Origin: an uncultured Eubacteriales bacterium
Lineage (GTDB): Bacteria > Bacillota > Clostridia > Oscillospirales > CAG-272
DNA: 59,654 bases
Direction of reading: 5' to 3'
Assembly (NCBI GenBank): GCA_934489945.1
Contig: CAKSSY010000004.1
Span: 1-59,654, forward strand
Shown one piece after another: positions 56,178 to 59,654 of the stretch. Position numbers and translations under genes: made by a program. The notes beneath the pieces were generated by a model that was not told the DNA's origin, ran no database searches, and saw only the letters and a program-made list of their open reading frames with translations. How positions within the stretch are numbered: position 1 is the stretch's first letter; the number at the start of each line of letters is the position of its first letter.

Positions 56178-58072
56178 ACCGATTCTTCACGGTGGATTGC
56201 CACCCATGTACCATCCCCGCGTGCACTGTCGTACATTCTGTCGAGAACAAAACGGGAAAGTTCTCCGTTGCCGGCAGGGACCATCAACGGCTCGCCCGTC
56301 CGAAGAGCATATGCGAAATTGTCTGCCGCCTGATTCCACTCCTTTGTGAACGGATAAGGAGACTCTTCCGTCCATGCACCGCCGGCACGATACCAATACG
56401 TATGTTCTCCCTCAGGACCGCCTGCCACACTCAGATACGCCCCGTGATCGCCGTAAACCTCCACGCGGGTATACCATGAAGATGCGGGATACGAAGTGGT
56501 CGATGAAATCCGCACCAACATCCCGTTTTCGTATTTCCAAAGCGCGACACCGAAATCCTCCGTCTCAATATCGTGCGTCTGACGAGCCGTCACGCAACGA
56601 ACTGCGGACGGGATGCCGAAACAGGAAAGCAAACGGTCAATCTCATGAATTCCCTGATTGCTCAGCGCACCACCGCCATCCATGGCGAAGGTTCCGCGCC
56701 ACCCGCCGTTTTCCTTGTAATATTTCGGAGAACGTTTAATATTCAACAAAACGTTTGCCATCTTCAGTTTTCCGAAATATCCGTCGTTCACGGCGTTTTT
56801 CAGTTGTGTAAGTTCACCGCGGAAATGCAGATCGAAATCGCATCCCAGCAAAAGCCCCTTCTTTTCGGCAAAGGAAATCAAATCCCGACACCGTTCGGCG
56901 TTAATATCCATCGGCTTGGTCATAAGAACCGGTTTCCCTGCCTCCAGACACCGACGCGCCACCGCACAGTGATCGCCCGTCGGCACCACGACATAACACA
57001 TTTCCACACTCGGATCCTTCAGAAAGACCTCAATGTCGGTTGCATACGGAACCCCGAACTGTTCTCCGACCGAGCGTGCCTTTTCCTCGTTGATATCGCA
57101 AACGCCGACCAGTTTCATTCCGTTTGTCTGTTCAATCTGACGACAACGGTTTTTCCCCATGCCCAGTCCGATCACAACCGCCCGCACGGGATCATCACTG
57201 TAAGGACGATCAAATTTCGGCTGTATGCTCAGTGCGGTGGCAAGATCTCCGGGTGCCGCCGAAGGCCATATTTTGCGAAGAGCATCCAGACACTTTTTGG
57301 TTGCCTGCTCTCCGTTCAGCACATTTCCTGCGGGAACATGCGTTTCGATCGAAACCGGAATGTTCCGTCCGACCGCAGCAGCACCACTGAGGACTCTGTC
57401 CCACGGGACCTTCTTTCCCTCCACCTCGGGCAGAATCCCGCGCGCCTTGACGTGTAGCATAATGGCGCGTTTGAGAGCTTTGGTGAAATATGCGGTGCAG
57501 TCTCCCTGTGCCTCGGGCAAAATCTCGAACATATTGGAGACATCCCACGCAAGTCCCCATTCCGGCACATTCAGCATATCCAGAAGTGCAATTACTTCGT
57601 CAGGGGTCTGTCCGCAGTTTTCAAACCCGAGAATCAGCCCCGCTTCCTTGGCACGTTTGGCAATCGGAGCAAACAACTCAAGCACCTGCGAGAGCGCGTC
57701 GGGACGCATTGCCAACTCACCGCACGCAGGATCGTCCTGCGGGTGCTGCCAAAAATTGAAGGACCGCACAAGCGGACACTCCAAAATATCCGCCGCACGG
57801 ATAACCCCCTCAAGTTTCGCCATTTCCTGCTTGACACGTTCCTCTCCCGGCAGATGACACTTGCACAGCGACGCCTGAAGAACACCGGTTTTCAGACCGA
57901 GAGCGTCCAACTGTTTTTTTAACTCACGCAACTGCGCTTCGTCCTGTTTTTCAATCGGTCTGCCATGGATAAGGGCGCGGAAATCCACATGCGTCAGCCC
58001 CCATTCGGCAAAGGTCGGCAAAACCTCGGTAACTTCACGCTTCAGCTCATCGGTAAATACGGAAAGATACAT
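56174..58072 (-). CDS. Fusion protein: xylose-isomerase-like TIM barrel (sugar phosphate isomerase/epimerase) plus Gfo/Idh/MocA oxidoreductase
   Basis: ORF 56174..58507. Start at MYLSVFTDEL (58072), with an AAGGAG RBS. N-half is TIM-barrel-like (FENCG). C-half has a Rossmann motif (VVIGLGMGKNR...VGVCDINEEKA) and an EAGKPVLMTKP block. Confidence 0.8.
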   Translation of the reverse strand: MYLSVFTDELKREVTEVLPTFAEWGLTHVDFRALIHGRPIEKQDEAQLRELKKQLDALGLKTGVLQASLCKCHLPGEERVKQEMAKLEGVIRAADILECPLVRSFNFWQHPQDDPACGELAMRPDALSQVLELFAPIAKRAKEAGLILGFENCGQTPDEVIALLDMLNVPEWGLAWDVSNMFEILPEAQGDCTAYFTKALKRAIMLHVKARGILPEVEGKKVPWDRVLSGAAAVGRNIPVSIETHVPAGNVLNGEQATKKCLDALRKIWPSAAPGDLATALSIQPKFDRPYSDDPVRAVVIGLGMGKNRCRQIEQTNGMKLVGVCDINEEKARSVGEQFGVPYATDIEVFLKDPSVEMCYVVVPTGDHCAVARRCLEAGKPVLMTKPMDINAERCRDLISFAEKKGLLLGCDFDLHFRGELTQLKNAVNDGYFGKLKMANVLLNIKRSPKYYKENGGWRGTFAMDGGGALSNQGIHEIDRLLSCFGIPSAVRCVTARQTHDIETEDFGVALWKYENGMLVRISSTTSYPASSWYTRVEVYGDHGAYLSVAGGPEGEHTYWYRAGGAWTEESPYPFTKEWNQAADNFAYALRTGEPLMVPAGNGELSRFVLDRMYDSARGDGTWVAIHREESV

Positions 58073-58099
58073 CTTTTTTCTCCTTTTCTTCATAAATGA

Positions 58100-58128
58100 T
58101 TGACAAGTCACACATTTTGTAGTATGCT
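58100..58128 (+). promoter_or_regulatory. Sigma-A type promoter for the AraC regulator
   Basis: TTGACA (58100-58105), 17 bp, TATGCT (58123-58128). Confidence 0.55.
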
Positions 58129-58207
58129 GATGATAACACAAAAATTGTTTTATTTCTATTCCGTATTTTTTGAAAAATAGGACAATTTTATCTTTTTGGG
58201 AGGACAC

Positions 58208-59074
58208 ATGGAGACATCGATTTTCTCGCAGGAATATATTCTCCATCCATGGAAGGAGGATGTCGCCATCCGCTTTGCCCACAAACGCACATATGGCAAT
58301 CCGCAAAGACATCGCCTGCATCTGAACGATCATCTGGAATTCTTCTTTCCGCTCACCCCCGTCGATTATCTTGCCGCAGGGCAGATTTATCATCTGAAAA
58401 AGGGCGAGGTGTTGCCGATCGCGCCGCATTGCGTTCATGCGGCGGTTCCCATAAGCGGAGATATATATGAACGTATGTATATCGTAATGCCGCTTGACGC
58501 CATGCAACGGTTTTCCTGTGATCCGCTTTCAAAGATTCTGGGATCGCCCTCTCTCTCACAACCGTTCGGCATGCCGGACAGCGTGGTGTCCGATGTGTTT
58601 TCGTCCTTGCAGACGGCAGAGAGCCTGTGCCGGAAATCGGACGATGGTTGGCGGGATGTGGCAGCATTTTTTCACCTTGCGGAAGCAATCCGCTTCGTTT
58701 CTTCCCTTGTCTGCACGGAAGAAATTTTGTGTGAGCCAACCAATCACCTTCCCGAGGTCGTCCGACAGGCATTGCAATATATCGAGCGAAATCTGCCGGA
58801 TATTGAGGGAGCGGGCGAAATTGCAAACGCAATCGGGTTCTCCCTGCCGTATCTGTCCGGCAGGTTTCACAAGATCGTCGGTGTCTCCGTCACCGAATAT
58901 CTGAATTTCCGCAAAATTGCATTGGCAAAACGACTTCTGGAACAAGGAACGGGCGTGACGGAAGCCTGCTACGGAAGCGGATTCCATGACTGCTCCTACT
59001 TCATCCGACAATTCAGAGCTCATACCGGTGCAACTCCCAACCGTTATCGAAAAAACACGGCAAAACCGTTCTGA
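58208..59074 (+). CDS. AraC family transcriptional regulator (cupin-like N-domain)
   Basis: ORF from TTG 58196. ATG at 58208 follows GGGAGG. C-terminal HTH (IANAIGFSLPYLSGRFHK..G.S..EY...R...AK.LL, GF.D.SYF.R.F). Confidence 0.85.
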   Translation: METSIFSQEYILHPWKEDVAIRFAHKRTYGNPQRHRLHLNDHLEFFFPLTPVDYLAAGQIYHLKKGEVLPIAPHCVHAAVPISGDIYERMYIVMPLDAMQRFSCDPLSKILGSPSLSQPFGMPDSVVSDVFSSLQTAESLCRKSDDGWRDVAAFFHLAEAIRFVSSLVCTEEILCEPTNHLPEVVRQALQYIERNLPDIEGAGEIANAIGFSLPYLSGRFHKIVGVSVTEYLNFRKIALAKRLLEQGTGVTEACYGSGFHDCSYFIRQFRAHTGATPNRYRKNTAKPF

Positions 59075-59102
59075 TACATACCCGTCTTTGCCAATCTGAC
59101 GA

Positions 59103-59131
59103 TTGACTTTGTCGCTAAAACGTGCTATACT
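59103..59131 (+). promoter_or_regulatory. Sigma-A type promoter for the deacetylase gene
   Basis: TTGACT (59103-59108), 17 bp, TATACT (59126-59131). Confidence 0.6.
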
Positions 59132-59164
59132 GAAAACAGCCAAAAAAAAAGGAGATTTTTGAAA

Positions 59165-59654
59165 ATGATACAATACCATGTTTTTCCCGGCGGAAAGAAG
59201 CGGGTTGTGACCTTCAGTTACGATGACGGTCATAAAAATGATGAACGCCTGATAGAACTTTTCAACCGATACGGTGTAAAGGCGACCTTTCATCTGAACG
59301 GGGGAAAATATCGCAATCTTTCGGACGACGAACTTGCCGTCAAGTCGGCACTCTATGCGGGACACGAAATTTCCTGTCATACTGTCAGCCACGGCTGGCC
59401 TACACGAATGCCTCCTGCCTCGTTCCTGCGAGAGGTAACGGAGGACAGACAGATCCTTGAAAAAATCGCGGGCTACCCCGTTCTCGGACACTCTTATCCG
59501 TGCGGAGACTATAATCCCGCCGTAGAGGAGGTTCTCCGTTCCTGCGGCATCGTCTACAGTCGCACGACACAGGCAACCAAACTCTGCCTTCTTCCCGAGA
59601 ACTTTCTCGCGTGGAACCCGACCTGTCACCATCGTGACGCTCTGCCGCTTTGCC
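59165..59654 (+). CDS. Polysaccharide deacetylase (CE4/NodB-like), 3'-truncated by the window end
   Basis: Not in the ORF track because there is no stop before the window end. Hand translation: MIQYHVFPGGKKRVVTFSYDDGHKNDERL...GHEISCHTVSHGW... with the NodB motifs (T)FxxDDG and HxxSH. AAAGGAG RBS. Confidence 0.75.
   Translation, partial: MIQYHVFPGGKKRVVTFSYDDGHKNDERLIELFNRYGVKATFHLNGGKYRNLSDDELAVKSALYAGHEISCHTVSHGWPTRMPPASFLREVTEDRQILEKIAGYPVLGHSYPCGDYNPAVEEVLRSCGIVYSRTTQATKLCLLPENFLAWNPTCHHRDALPLC

Overview
Mostly core-genome chromosomal segment of a spore-forming Firmicute. It looks Clostridia-like: spoVAD/spoVAE are present, along with Bacillus-type gene orders rimP-nusA-ylxR-ylxQ-infB, yybS-gdpP-rplI-dnaB and tilS-hpt-ftsH. 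I support about 46 protein genes. I saw no rRNA, tRNA, CRISPR array, transposase, integrase or phage genes. Housekeeping genes (lepA, dusB, upp, mtaB, tyrS, infB, nusA, rplI, dnaB, ftsH) are interspersed with accessory-type content. That content comprises an AraC-controlled divergent glycyl-radical enzyme plus activase, a GH78 and a GH2 hydrolase, three ABC exporters, a MATE pump, an ECF sigma/anti-sigma pair, a BspA-type LRR protein, a 1307-aa secreted beta-helix protein, and a TIM-barrel/Gfo-Idh-MocA fusion enzyme locus. Many genes carry near-consensus sigma-A promoters with 17-bp spacers and clear hairpin terminators. Four things deserve most attention. (1) A roughly 200-nt three-hairpin intergenic repeat occurs three times (26.1, 31.4 and 47.9 kb), with both arms of its stems changed together between copies. 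(2) A compact 677-aa glycyl-radical enzyme has an atypical radical motif (RLCGW) and no inferable substrate. (3) A low-GC-looking island holds the giant beta-helix gene and a tightly coupled unannotated 43-codon ORF. (4) A 571-aa orphan protein resembles PurL/AIR synthase only faintly. All family assignments come from motif recognition by eye. No database search was run.
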